From Candidatus Magasanikiibacteriota bacterium (GTDB lineage: Bacteria; Patescibacteriota; Patescibacteriia; Magasanikbacterales; UBA922): 64,000 bases of DNA. Positions 40,016 through 48,507 of this stretch are shown one piece after another (position 1 is the stretch's first letter; each line of letters starts with the position of its first letter). Under the pieces are notes generated by a model. The model was not told the origin of the DNA. It did not search any database and saw only the letters and a program-made list of their open reading frames with translations. Made by a program: the position numbers and the translations under genes. The stretch spans positions 4,416 through 68,415 of the forward strand of contig JABIBU010000027.1 in NCBI GenBank assembly GCA_018652595.1, in the 5' to 3' direction.

Positions 40016-41422
40016 TTAGAATAATCCAACCTTATCAAGAAGAACCAAGGCACTAAAAAATCCAAAGAATAAAAATATGACTACCATTATAATTTTACGA
40101 ATCCAACCTGGGCGGAATACTTTTGGCAATATAGTATGATTGAGCCAAAATACCAGTCCGATGTGCACAAACATAGCAAAAGCATTAATCACTGCACCGA
40201 GTATTATCAAAGTCTTTGGTTCATAGATATTAAATAAAAATAAAATAATGCCAAAGGCAATCTGCGCCCAGACAAAGACATAATAAATCTTGCAAAGATT
40301 TACTTTCTTATTTCCCTTTTCTTTGTCTAATTTTCTAATTGCAAAATTCTCAGACATAATACGGGAAGTAGAGTCCATCACACCCAGCTGAGTCTGAAAT
40401 AACATTATGGCTACCACTATGAGAAACGAAGTGCCCAAGAAAGGTGCTAGCGTCTTTCCGATTACCAATCCCTCGCTAATTACAAAATTAATTCCTTCGG
40501 CATTACCAGTCATGCCATGGGTAGTAGCAAAAGACAATAACATCAACATCATCATGGATAGTCCACCTATGAACCAAAACACAAACAAATGTTCCAAACT
40601 AATTAATTTCCACCATTTTTTGAAGCATTTTATATTTTCGTCATTTATCTCACACTCCTCACCTTCTAGTTTTATTTGTGTTTCTTGTTTTTTCGCAAAC
40701 AGGCCAGTTATTTTTTGTGAATATGCTCCCATTCCATATCCTTTTTCTTTTATATAAATTGATTGTGTGAGATTCAAATTCCCACCCGCTCCAGAATAAG
40801 CAAAGGCTGCAAGGAAAGTTGCAATACTAATTCCAGATGGCAAAAACCAAAATCCATCTCCCCTACCAATCATTCCAGAAAACAATGCGTTGAAGTCTGC
40901 TTTTGTAGCAATAACAATTGCCAAAATAAAAATAAATGGCACACCTATCAAAATTATCGTCTTGGTAAGACGCTCCATCATAGAATAAACTGTCTTTCCA
41001 ATGCTGAGAATCACGCCGATTATAAGTAAAAACCCAATTGCAAGCCATTTGAAACTCTCTAAACCAAATATAGTCGCCGTAACTTTGGCAGAGGCAGCTA
41101 TTATACCCGGCAAACCAAATCCGATAAAAGTAGATAGAATAAACCAATAGACTGCTGGTTTGAAAATTTTATGAATCCCAACAAATACGCTCTCGCCTTT
41201 TACTAATGCATAGCGTTCTATTTCCATGTTCATGAAATATTGAAATGTAATACCAAGCAAAGCTCCCCAAGCAATTCCCATGCCATAGTTTGCTGCCATA
41301 TATGGCCATAGTATTACCTCACCAGATCCTAAGCCAAGAGCGAGAATAATAAAGCTCGGACCAATAAGTTTTTTAAAGGAGATTGGTTTTGGGAATGGTT
41401 TTGTTGTTTTAGTGCTGTTCAT
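40016..41422 (-). CDS. Nramp-like divalent metal cation transporter
   Basis: 468 aa, 11-12 TM helices. N-terminal GPSFIILALGLGSGEV…MAANYG resembles Nramp TM1. Confidence 0.5.
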   Translation of the reverse strand: MNSTKTTKPFPKPISFKKLIGPSFIILALGLGSGEVILWPYMAANYGMGIAWGALLGITFQYFMNMEIERYALVKGESVFVGIHKIFKPAVYWFILSTFIGFGLPGIIAASAKVTATIFGLESFKWLAIGFLLIIGVILSIGKTVYSMMERLTKTIILIGVPFIFILAIVIATKADFNALFSGMIGRGDGFWFLPSGISIATFLAAFAYSGAGGNLNLTQSIYIKEKGYGMGAYSQKITGLFAKKQETQIKLEGEECEINDENIKCFKKWWKLISLEHLFVFWFIGGLSMMMLMLLSFATTHGMTGNAEGINFVISEGLVIGKTLAPFLGTSFLIVVAIMLFQTQLGVMDSTSRIMSENFAIRKLDKEKGNKKVNLCKIYYVFVWAQIAFGIILFLFNIYEPKTLIILGAVINAFAMFVHIGLVFWLNHTILPKVFRPGWIRKIIMVVIFLFFGFFSALVLLDKVGLF

Positions 41423-41488
41423 AACTTAATTATTTTATCGTGTCCCCTCCCCTATGAGGGGGGGCACGTTGAGGTAATTCTTATTTTA

Positions 41489-42460
41489 TTATAAAACAAT
41501 ATTAAACAAATAACCAATGAATATAATTCCAACAGTTACAATACCAAAAAATACTAAGAGCAATTTGAATTTTATTACCTTTTTTAAAATCAATGCTTCT
41601 GGAAGAGATAGACCAACAACTGCCATCATAAATGCCAAGGCAGTGCCAATAGGTACGCCTTTTACTACCAGAGCCTGTATAATCGGGATCACACCACTAG
41701 CATTGGAATAGAGTGGAACGGCGAGAATAACTGCCAAAGGTACGCCAAATATTCCTGCAGCCTGCAAATAAGTTTCGAAGAAATTTGTCGGAACAAATCC
41801 ATGTATTACAGCGCCAAGTGCCACACCGGCAATAATATAGAGTACAACTTTTCTTACTATCCCCCAAGCCTCACTGCTAATATTTAATAAAACTTGTTTT
41901 CTGCTTGGTTTTTCTTTTTTACAACCACAACCACAATTTTTCTTTGCTTGTTCAAATGGAATTAAATATTTTTCCATTTTTAATTTTTGCAAAACAAAAC
42001 CACCGACTACACCAACAAGCAAACCAGCCAATACATACAAAATTGTTATTTTCCAACCAAAAAGACTTAAAAACAATACAACAGCAATTTCATTTATAAG
42101 TGGTGAAGTAATTAGAAAAGAAAATGTAACACCAAGAGGAATCCCCGCTTGCATAAAACCAATAAAAAGTGGAATCGATGAGCAGGAACAAAATGGAGTA
42201 ATAGCACCAAAGCCTGATGCAATCAAATAATCTGCTCCATAAAATTTACGACTGGTCAAAAACTTTTTAAACTTATCCATTGGCAGAAAATGTCGCAACC
42301 AGCTCATGAAGTGCGTTACCAAAATTAAGAGTATCAAAATTTTCAAAATATCGTTAACAAAAAATACCACACTTTCTGCCAGATGAGTGTCTTGCCGTAA
42401 ATTTAATAGATTGTATGTAAACCAGTTTGCGAATGATTCTAATGGTTGGAATATACTCAT
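41489..42460 (-). CDS. Permease, UPF0718/DUF318-like, with cytoplasmic CGCGC cluster
   Basis: 323 aa, 8 TM helices. KNCGCGCKKEK loop. Confidence 0.45.
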   Translation of the reverse strand: MSIFQPLESFANWFTYNLLNLRQDTHLAESVVFFVNDILKILILLILVTHFMSWLRHFLPMDKFKKFLTSRKFYGADYLIASGFGAITPFCSCSSIPLFIGFMQAGIPLGVTFSFLITSPLINEIAVVLFLSLFGWKITILYVLAGLLVGVVGGFVLQKLKMEKYLIPFEQAKKNCGCGCKKEKPSRKQVLLNISSEAWGIVRKVVLYIIAGVALGAVIHGFVPTNFFETYLQAAGIFGVPLAVILAVPLYSNASGVIPIIQALVVKGVPIGTALAFMMAVVGLSLPEALILKKVIKFKLLLVFFGIVTVGIIFIGYLFNIVL

Positions 42461-42464
42461 AAAA

Positions 42465-43574
42465 CTATTCTTTGGTTTTCAAAAAATAAACCGCCAGATA
42501 GGTAGTAAGCGGAAAAGCTAAAATAAGTCCGATACTTCCGGATAGAGTGCGAACAATTTCAGTCGCAATAAATTCATTGTCCAGTGCACTCGCAAAAGTT
42601 ACTGATGTCTCAGGATTAATACTGAATAAAATTAGTAGTGGCAAAGATGCACCAGCGTAAGTGAGAAATAAAGTATTCACCATCGAGCTTAAGTGTGTCC
42701 TGCCAATTTCATTTGCTGATTTTATCATTTTTCTTTTTGATAAATCTGGTTTTAGTAATTTAATCTGATTGACAGCTTCCACTTGACCTAGAATAACATC
42801 GTCGAGAACACCTAAAGTACCGATTAAAATTCCTGCTAAAAGTAACCCACGAAAGTCAATTATATTAACCCCTGGCGTACCTACCAAAAAACTAGCTTCT
42901 TCTGAGGCAAAACCAGTTAGTTTGGTTAGTGCAACAAAAACATAAGACAAAACAAAAGTAATGATTAGTGATAGACTAATACTCACGATTGCAATGTGAG
43001 TTTTTTTACTAAACCCTTCGGTGACATAAATAATAGTAGCTAATATAAAAATAGAACCAATGAGTGCAATAATAAGCGGACTACTCCCACCTATGATCTG
43101 CGGAATGATAAACTTAATTATTACAAAAAATGTAATAACAAGACTTATGAGCGACCTGATCCCCTTTTTCCGGCCAACTGCAATAATTGCTACTGAAAAA
43201 ATTAATCCCAACAAATATAGATAACCGCGACGAACAAAATTCTGAATATAAAACTGGTCACTACCTTCAAAATCCTTGTCCCAGCGCACCAGCACCTTGT
43301 CACCTAGCTCAAATACAGTGTTCGACATGCTCAAAACTTCTATATCAGCTATGCCGATATAATCAAATTCCTTTTCTTCCCACGAACCGGATAAGCCAAT
43401 TAGCTTTATATTTTGTTGAACACTCTCTCCACCATTTTCTTGTATAATCTTTCTAGTATCAAAAATTTCTAAAACACGAGCTTCAAAAGTCTCGGGCACA
43501 AAATCAGCCTGAGCTTGAGTAGCTAGTGGTAAAAATAATGTAATTAAAAATAAAAGAATTATAGTCTTTTTCAT
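42465..43574 (-). CDS. YibE/F-like integral membrane protein with N-terminal signal peptide and extracytoplasmic domain
   Basis: 369 aa. Signal peptide …ATQAQA. C-terminal 6-7 TM helices. Confidence 0.45.
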   Translation of the reverse strand: MKKTIILLFLITLFLPLATQAQADFVPETFEARVLEIFDTRKIIQENGGESVQQNIKLIGLSGSWEEKEFDYIGIADIEVLSMSNTVFELGDKVLVRWDKDFEGSDQFYIQNFVRRGYLYLLGLIFSVAIIAVGRKKGIRSLISLVITFFVIIKFIIPQIIGGSSPLIIALIGSIFILATIIYVTEGFSKKTHIAIVSISLSLIITFVLSYVFVALTKLTGFASEEASFLVGTPGVNIIDFRGLLLAGILIGTLGVLDDVILGQVEAVNQIKLLKPDLSKRKMIKSANEIGRTHLSSMVNTLFLTYAGASLPLLILFSINPETSVTFASALDNEFIATEIVRTLSGSIGLILAFPLTTYLAVYFLKTKE

Positions 43575-43650
43575 AGACTTATTCTACCACTTTTATAGCA
43601 AAATTACTACTTATGTGATAGAATAAAGATTAATCACTTTTTAGACTGAG

Positions 43651-43688
43651 ATTGCCACGTCATGTATTCTCATTCCTCGCAATGACAC
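43651..43688. repeat. Family 2 repeat copy (ATTGCCACGTCATGTATTCTCATTCCTCGCAATGACAC), inverted relative to the copy at 46460
   Basis: Its reverse complement aligns with GTCATTGCGAGGAGTGTGTAACAACGACGTGGCAATCCC. Confidence 0.6.
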
Positions 43689-43801
43689 AAATTTAAGGCC
43701 TTTCCAGCCTTTCTAGCATTTTAAGCCTTTCAGGCATTTATATCATGCAACTACCAACCAGAAAACCAGGAAAATACTCTATTCCAAAATTTGATCCGGT
43801 G

Positions 43802-44239
43802 ATGAGTAAAGAAAAACTTGATGAACTCAAAGTTGAATTTGTTAAACTTAAGAAAAAACGACCTCATGCTTCTTCTGAAGTAGCTAGGCTCGCAGAAATG
43901 GGAGACTTTTCTGAGAATGTAGAGTATCAGCTAGCAAAAAGACGCCTACGAGGAATTAATAGTGCATTATTAAAATTAGAATATCAGATTGATCATGCTG
44001 AAGTAATTGATCTGAAAAATAATAGCACTATCCAAGTTGGCCATAGTGTAGTACTAAAAGTAGATAAAAATAAAAAAACCTATAAAATTCTAGGTTCTTC
44101 TGAGACAGATCCCACAAAAGGAGTTATATCTTACACTTCCCCAATTGGAGAAGCCTTACTTGGGCACAAGCTTGGTGATGTGTTTGATGTAGAGATTGGT
44201 GGAAAGAGTGTGGAGTGTGAGGTTTTGGATATAAAATGA
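43802..44239 (+). CDS. greA: Transcription elongation factor GreA
   Basis: Start at MSKEKLDELK. N-terminal coiled coil plus C-terminal FKBP-like domain. The track ORF begins 19 codons upstream. Confidence 0.85.
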   Translation: MSKEKLDELKVEFVKLKKKRPHASSEVARLAEMGDFSENVEYQLAKRRLRGINSALLKLEYQIDHAEVIDLKNNSTIQVGHSVVLKVDKNKKTYKILGSSETDPTKGVISYTSPIGEALLGHKLGDVFDVEIGGKSVECEVLDIK

Positions 44240-44262
44240 CAAGGATATAGAAATTAAGATAC

Positions 44263-44293
44263 AAAAAAACTTCCATATCTGGAAGTTTTTTAT
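44263..44293. terminator. Bidirectional terminator (AAAAAACTTCC-ATATCT-GGAAGTTTTTT)
   Basis: Perfect hairpin after greA. Confidence 0.6.
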
Positions 44294-44490
44294 TTCGGCT
44301 TTGTATTGGTCTTCCACATGCGGTTTCCTATGCTTCTTTGTCTTTGGGCACCGGCTTGGCTGCTTGCTTTTGCGTGGAAGCCCTGGAGACTGCTTTGTTT
44401 TTTCTTTGGGAGACTCATAGAAGGAAGCTTAGTCCCCTTGCCCAACTTCTTTTCTTCTTTTTTTAAATTTTTTAGGACTTTTGATAGCAT
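44290..44490 (-). CDS. Small Lys-rich basic protein, unknown
   Basis: 66 aa, pI very high. Possibly a nucleic-acid binding or ribosome-associated protein. May not be real. Confidence 0.3.
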   Translation of the reverse strand: MLSKVLKNLKKEEKKLGKGTKLPSMSLPKKKQSSLQGFHAKASSQAGAQRQRSIGNRMWKTNTKPK

Positions 44491-44500
44491 ATTATTTTAT

Positions 44501-46288
44501 TTACTTCTTCCTACCAGCTCTAACTCTATCAGTCTCAGTCAATTGCTGTTTTCGTAGGCGGATACTCTTTGGGGTGATCTCTAGGTACTCGTCTTCAGAC
44601 ATTACTTCCATTCCCCTTTCCAGCGTGAGATCCATAGGCGGGATGAGCGCGAGGGCATCGTCAGTACCAGAAGCACGCATATTGGTAAGTTGTTTGCCTT
44701 TTATTGGATTGACTGTCATATCTTGACCTTTGGCAGTATTACCAATGACCTGACCTTCGTAAACTTCCACATTTGCTTTTACATAAAGCACACCACGCTC
44801 TTGGAGATTGGCTAGTGCGTAACCAAGCACCTTGCCAGCTACACCAGAAATCATAGAACCAACGTCGCGTTTTTTGATCTCGCCAGCTACTGGTTTGAAG
44901 CCAATAACTTCGCTACACAAGATTCCTTCGCCACGAGTATCAACTGTAAATTCATTTTTATAACCTAGTAAGCCTCTGGTTGGGATTTCATAAACCACAC
45001 GAGTGTGATTTTGCTCAGGTTGCATAGATATCATCTGTCCTTTTCGTTTTGACATCTTTTCAATTACTGTTCCAGCAAATTCTTCTGGAATATCCAAGGT
45101 AACAAGCTCATATGGTTCGGACTTAACACCGTCCACTTCTTTTATAATAACTTGAGGTTGAGAAACTTGAAGTTCATAATTTTCACGGCGCATGTTTTCT
45201 AGTAAAATTGCAATATGAAGTTCGCCTCTGCCATAGACTTTGAAAAAATCATTATTTTCAAATTCAATTTTTAGCCCTACATTTACTTCCAATTCTTTTT
45301 CTAGTCTTCCTTTGATTTGTTGAGTCGTTACAAACTTTCCTTCTTTTCCAGCATAAGGAGAATTGTTTACAAGGAAATTCAATGAGATTGTTGGCTCGTC
45401 AATTTTAATTGCAGGAAGTAGTTCTTGATTTTCATCTATACAAATAGTGTCGCCAATATATATTTCTGGCAGACCAGATATCATTACAATATCACCTGCA
45501 CCAGCTTCGTCTACTTCTTTTCTATTTATTCCCTCAAAGGTAAATAGTTTTGCGATAGTTCCGGTTGTTGTCTTCTCACCGATTTTTTTTATAAAAACTT
45601 TTTGACCTGCTTTTACTTTTCCTTGATAGATTCTACCAATACCAAGACGGCCGAGATAATTATCATAAGCTAGGTTGAATGGTTGAAAAGAAAATGAAGC
45701 TTCGGTATCAGCCTCGGCTGGTGAAACTTTTTCTAGAATAACATCCAAAAGCGGAGTAAGATTGTCTGACTCGTCTTCTAGATTCATTTTTGCAATCCCC
45801 TCTTTTGCAATAGTATAAACTGTAGTGAAATCAAGTTGCTCATCATTGGCACCTAGATCCATGAAAAGTTCTAGTACCTTGTCATTGGCCCAGTCTGGTC
45901 TAGCTGCTGGCTTGTCGATTTTATTTAGAACTACAATAGGCTTGAGGCCTAGCTCTAGAGATTTTTTTAAAACAAATTTGGTCTGAGGCATTGGCCCTTC
46001 TTGGGCATCTACAATTAGAAGCACAGAATCAATGGAACGAAGAACTCGCTCTACTTCTGAACCAAAATCAGCATGACCTGGTGTGTCTACTATGTTTATT
46101 TTTGTATCTTTATAGAATACTGAAGTGTTTTTGGAATAAATAGTAATACCACGCTCTTTTTCAAGATCGTTTGAATCCATACTCACTTTTTCATCTGTCA
46201 CCATTCCAGTCTGACGCATAAGAGCATCAGTCAGCTTGGTCTTGCCGTGATCTACGTGAGCTATGATTGCTATGTTACGAGTTTCCAT
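44501..46288 (-). CDS. typA: Translational GTPase TypA/BipA
   Basis: 595 aa. AHVDHGKTKLTDALM G1 motif. EF-G-like domains. Confidence 0.9.
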   Translation of the reverse strand: METRNIAIIAHVDHGKTKLTDALMRQTGMVTDEKVSMDSNDLEKERGITIYSKNTSVFYKDTKINIVDTPGHADFGSEVERVLRSIDSVLLIVDAQEGPMPQTKFVLKKSLELGLKPIVVLNKIDKPAARPDWANDKVLELFMDLGANDEQLDFTTVYTIAKEGIAKMNLEDESDNLTPLLDVILEKVSPAEADTEASFSFQPFNLAYDNYLGRLGIGRIYQGKVKAGQKVFIKKIGEKTTTGTIAKLFTFEGINRKEVDEAGAGDIVMISGLPEIYIGDTICIDENQELLPAIKIDEPTISLNFLVNNSPYAGKEGKFVTTQQIKGRLEKELEVNVGLKIEFENNDFFKVYGRGELHIAILLENMRRENYELQVSQPQVIIKEVDGVKSEPYELVTLDIPEEFAGTVIEKMSKRKGQMISMQPEQNHTRVVYEIPTRGLLGYKNEFTVDTRGEGILCSEVIGFKPVAGEIKKRDVGSMISGVAGKVLGYALANLQERGVLYVKANVEVYEGQVIGNTAKGQDMTVNPIKGKQLTNMRASGTDDALALIPPMDLTLERGMEVMSEDEYLEITPKSIRLRKQQLTETDRVRAGRKK

Positions 46289-46380
46289 ATGGAAAGGCTT
46301 GAAAGGCTTGTCCGCCAGAGGACGGATCAGCCTTGGGCTGAAAATGCTTATCCACCCAAGGCGGATCAGTCTTTCAGCTG
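46289..46380. repeat. Family 3 repeats upstream of typA (GAAAGGCTTGAAAGGCTT; GGATCAGCCTTGGGCTGAAA; GGATCAGTCTTTCAGCTGAA)
   Basis: The 16-mer CAGCCTTGGGCTGAAA is identical to 8085..8100. Confidence 0.55.
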
Positions 46381-46459
46381 AATAACAAAATTCTCCTGGT
46401 AGGAGAATCTACTGTGACGGGATTATACTATAGTTTTGGGGTTTTGTCAACCCCCCCAT

Positions 46460-46498
46460 GTCATTGCGAGGAGTGTGTAACAACGACGTGGCAATCCC
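46460..46498. repeat. Family 2 repeat copy GTCATTGCGAGGAGTGTGTAACAACGACGTGGCAATCCC (partner arm CTCGCAATGAC at 46573..46583)
   Basis: 11-bp perfect inverted repeat GTCATTGCGAG/CTCGCAATGAC about 100 bp apart. Confidence 0.6.
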
Positions 46499-46592
46499 AT
46501 ACTTAAAAACCACTGTCAGTGCAATAAAGACTGAAATTGCCGCGCAACAAGTCCTCTTTGAGAGACTTATCGCTCGCAATGACAGTATAAAC

Positions 46593-46617
46593 AAAAAAAT
46601 ACCTTTTTAAGGTATAT
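46593..46617 (-). terminator. Rho-independent terminator for island D minus-strand gene (ATACC-TTAAAAA-GGTAT + U7)
   Basis: On the minus strand, ATATACCTTAAAAAGGTATTTTTTTG. Preceded by a GC-rich palindrome GTGTCGAACGGGCGGGGCGGTCGACAC. Confidence 0.5.
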
Positions 46618-46708
46618 AGTGTGTCGACCGCCCCGCCCGTTCGACACCGTTCTGGTAGTCTAGGCGGGGGGCCTCTGATTGTATGCGAAGTTCGCATGAC
46701 TTCCTCCC

Positions 46709-47245
46709 TTAGGTTCTGTTGCTTGGGTGCTCTGGACACCACTTCGCCTCGCAATTCTCGCAATCCACGTCCACATCTATCACAGTGGCAACAATTATGC
46801 CACGGCGACCAAGACCGACCGTGTCATCGAAAGTAACCTCCTCTCTTGTCTCGATAGTAACCCTTTTCGTGAAGATGAACCAGAAGGTACTCACGAACAA
46901 GGTAATCGTCAGCATCCAGGACAGGAGGCACCCAGGACAAACCATCCCAACTTCAACTGCCCTCATAACCAGGAAGACGGTGAATCCGCCCGCGAAGGTG
47001 ACGAGGATGTAGTTGAAGATTGGAAAGAGCCCCCACTTGCTTCTGCTGGACCTGGCCATAAGGGCCGTGAGCCCAATCGTCAGGTACCCCACAGCCCCTA
47101 TCAGAGCGAAGGGCACTCCCAACAGCAGGGTATCAGCGACGTCCTTAGCATGTCCCAGAGCACAGATGTGTGCCCCACCAGCCACGAGGATGCCGATGAA
47201 ACCAAGTGCCGCGATGACAGAGAAATAGAATCTGTGCAAATCCAT
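46709..47245 (-). CDS. Hypothetical 4-TM membrane protein with C-terminal CENCEAKWC motif, GC-rich island D
   Basis: Start MDLHRF preceded by GAGGGGGGG. The track ORF starts 5 codons earlier. GC about 57%. Confidence 0.5.
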   Translation of the reverse strand: MDLHRFYFSVIAALGFIGILVAGGAHICALGHAKDVADTLLLGVPFALIGAVGYLTIGLTALMARSSRSKWGLFPIFNYILVTFAGGFTVFLVMRAVEVGMVCPGCLLSWMLTITLFVSTFWFIFTKRVTIETREEVTFDDTVGLGRRGIIVATVIDVDVDCENCEAKWCPEHPSNRT

Positions 47246-47285
47246 GGAACCCCCCCTCAAGGTTTTCTAAGTTGTTGAACAAAGT

Positions 47286-47314
47286 TTTTATACCATAAAA
47301 TAAAAGGTTTGTCA
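47286..47314 (-). promoter_or_regulatory. Consensus sigma70 promoter TTGACA-17-TATAAA (minus strand) for 46709..47245
   Basis: Plus-strand TTTATA at 47286-47291 and TGTCAA at 47309-47314. Confidence 0.5.
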
Positions 47315-47391
47315 AGTATAGTAACAAAAAACACCCTATAGAATAATGTTTTTTTGACTAGACCCAACTATTCCACATTACAGTAAGGGAC

Positions 47392-47420
47392 TTGACAAAA
47401 GTGCTAAAATGTGCTATAAT
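47392..47420 (+). promoter_or_regulatory. Perfect consensus sigma70 promoter TTGACA-17-TATAAT (plus strand) with about 210-nt structured leader before 47637
   Basis: TTGACA 47392-47397, TATAAT 47415-47420. The leader contains the hairpin CTTGCTGGT…ACCAGCAAG. Confidence 0.55.
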
Positions 47421-47636
47421 ATATCGTCATAATCCAAAAATTAAGTCTAGTAAATAGCTTGTATTTTAAGGGGTTATAACGAGGTTCGTTTCAATCTAAA
47501 CCCACCAAAAGGAGTCTTGCTGGTGAAATATGTTTATTACCTACATAGGTGTGAGTATATTTGACCAGCAAGGCGTGCCTAATTAAGCGCCCTGCTATTA
47601 CGCGGTGACGTAGCCGCATTATACAGGAGAAGAGAA

Positions 47637-48221
47637 ATGGCTGACAACAAGAACGTCTTTACCTGCAGTGTGACCTGGGAAAACATCTGTAAGCTTTCGC
47701 TGCTCATGACCAACGGTCTCAAGGATGAGGAAGCCAACCAGGAACTGGTGTACATGGCGGATAACTCCTTCGGGTCTCGTGAGTGGGATGCAATGGAAAG
47801 TGCCCACCGCGTGGACAACGGCTGTGATGGGGACTGGATCGGCTTCCAAGAAGCAAGCTCATCCCGATTCCTCTGGGGCTCGGCCTCATCCGGGGCCACC
47901 ATCGAAGTCGTGAAGTATCACGAGTTCTGGGAGTTAACATTCACGGGTACGAACGTCACAGAGACTGGCAGAGAATCCTGGTATGCTACCGCGGCCGCAA
48001 TGGTAGTGAACCCCCGGGACATTCAGGAAATTGATTTCCCCGAGACTGTGGCATTCTTGGACACGGTACGAGTGTCGGAAAATGACGTGTGGGTCTCCGA
48101 TGAAGAGAAGCTCATACGCGCCAACTTCCTCGAGGGTTTCGAAGGGATCTTCTATATCAATGCACCGCTTACCGAAGCAGAGCAAATCGAAGCTGACTTC
48201 GACTCCGGTCGTCTAAGCTAG
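47637..48221 (+). CDS. Hypothetical 194-aa acidic soluble protein, island D
   Basis: SD AGGAGAAG. GC about 56%. No recognisable family. Confidence 0.5.
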   Translation: MADNKNVFTCSVTWENICKLSLLMTNGLKDEEANQELVYMADNSFGSREWDAMESAHRVDNGCDGDWIGFQEASSSRFLWGSASSGATIEVVKYHEFWELTFTGTNVTETGRESWYATAAAMVVNPRDIQEIDFPETVAFLDTVRVSENDVWVSDEEKLIRANFLEGFEGIFYINAPLTEAEQIEADFDSGRLS

Positions 48222-48467
48222 TGATCCTTCTCCACACCCCGCTCTTTCAACGTCGCATCTAGCTACTGGCGTGATGCGAAAGGCCTGATCTATCAGGTCA
48301 ACTACTACTGGTACGCGTTCCAAACACAGGAACGCCACACCTTCATCCCCGAAGGTTGCCAGTGTACTCGAAACGCACGCTCGACTCCCCGTCGACGTGC
48401 CTTCAACTATCTTACTCTTGGACTTTTCAAGGGTGAAATTGAGAAGAAAATACAATTTGAGACAAAA

Positions 48468-48497
48468 TAAAAAACCGTGAATTATCACGGTTTTTTT
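48468..48497. terminator. Bidirectional terminator (AAAAAACCGTGA-ATTAT-CACGGTTTTTTT)
   Basis: Perfect 8-bp stem between island D and the DEAD-box helicase stop. Confidence 0.6.
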
Positions 48498-48507
48498 AAT
48501 TTATATT

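Noticed and set aside
44290-44490. 66-aa Lys-rich ORF considered as a ribosomal protein
   Set aside because: No match to any ribosomal protein family signature I can recall. Kept only as a low-confidence hypothetical.
47286-47420. Suspicion that the perfect TTGACA-17-TATAAT promoters mark an artificial or synthetic insert
   Set aside because: The native tRNA-Asn gene (50946-50974) uses an equally perfect TTGACA-17-TATAAT promoter. Consensus sigma70 promoters are therefore native to this organism and not by themselves evidence of engineering.
46719-48221. Overlapping alternative-frame ORFs in island D (46719..47012, 46727..47278, 47013..47228, 47579..47902, 47619..47849, 47719..47940, 47725..47913, 47934..48185, 48031..48216, 48213..48488)
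   Set aside because: Same GC artefact. The chosen frames are the only ones with SD plus promoter plus terminator context.
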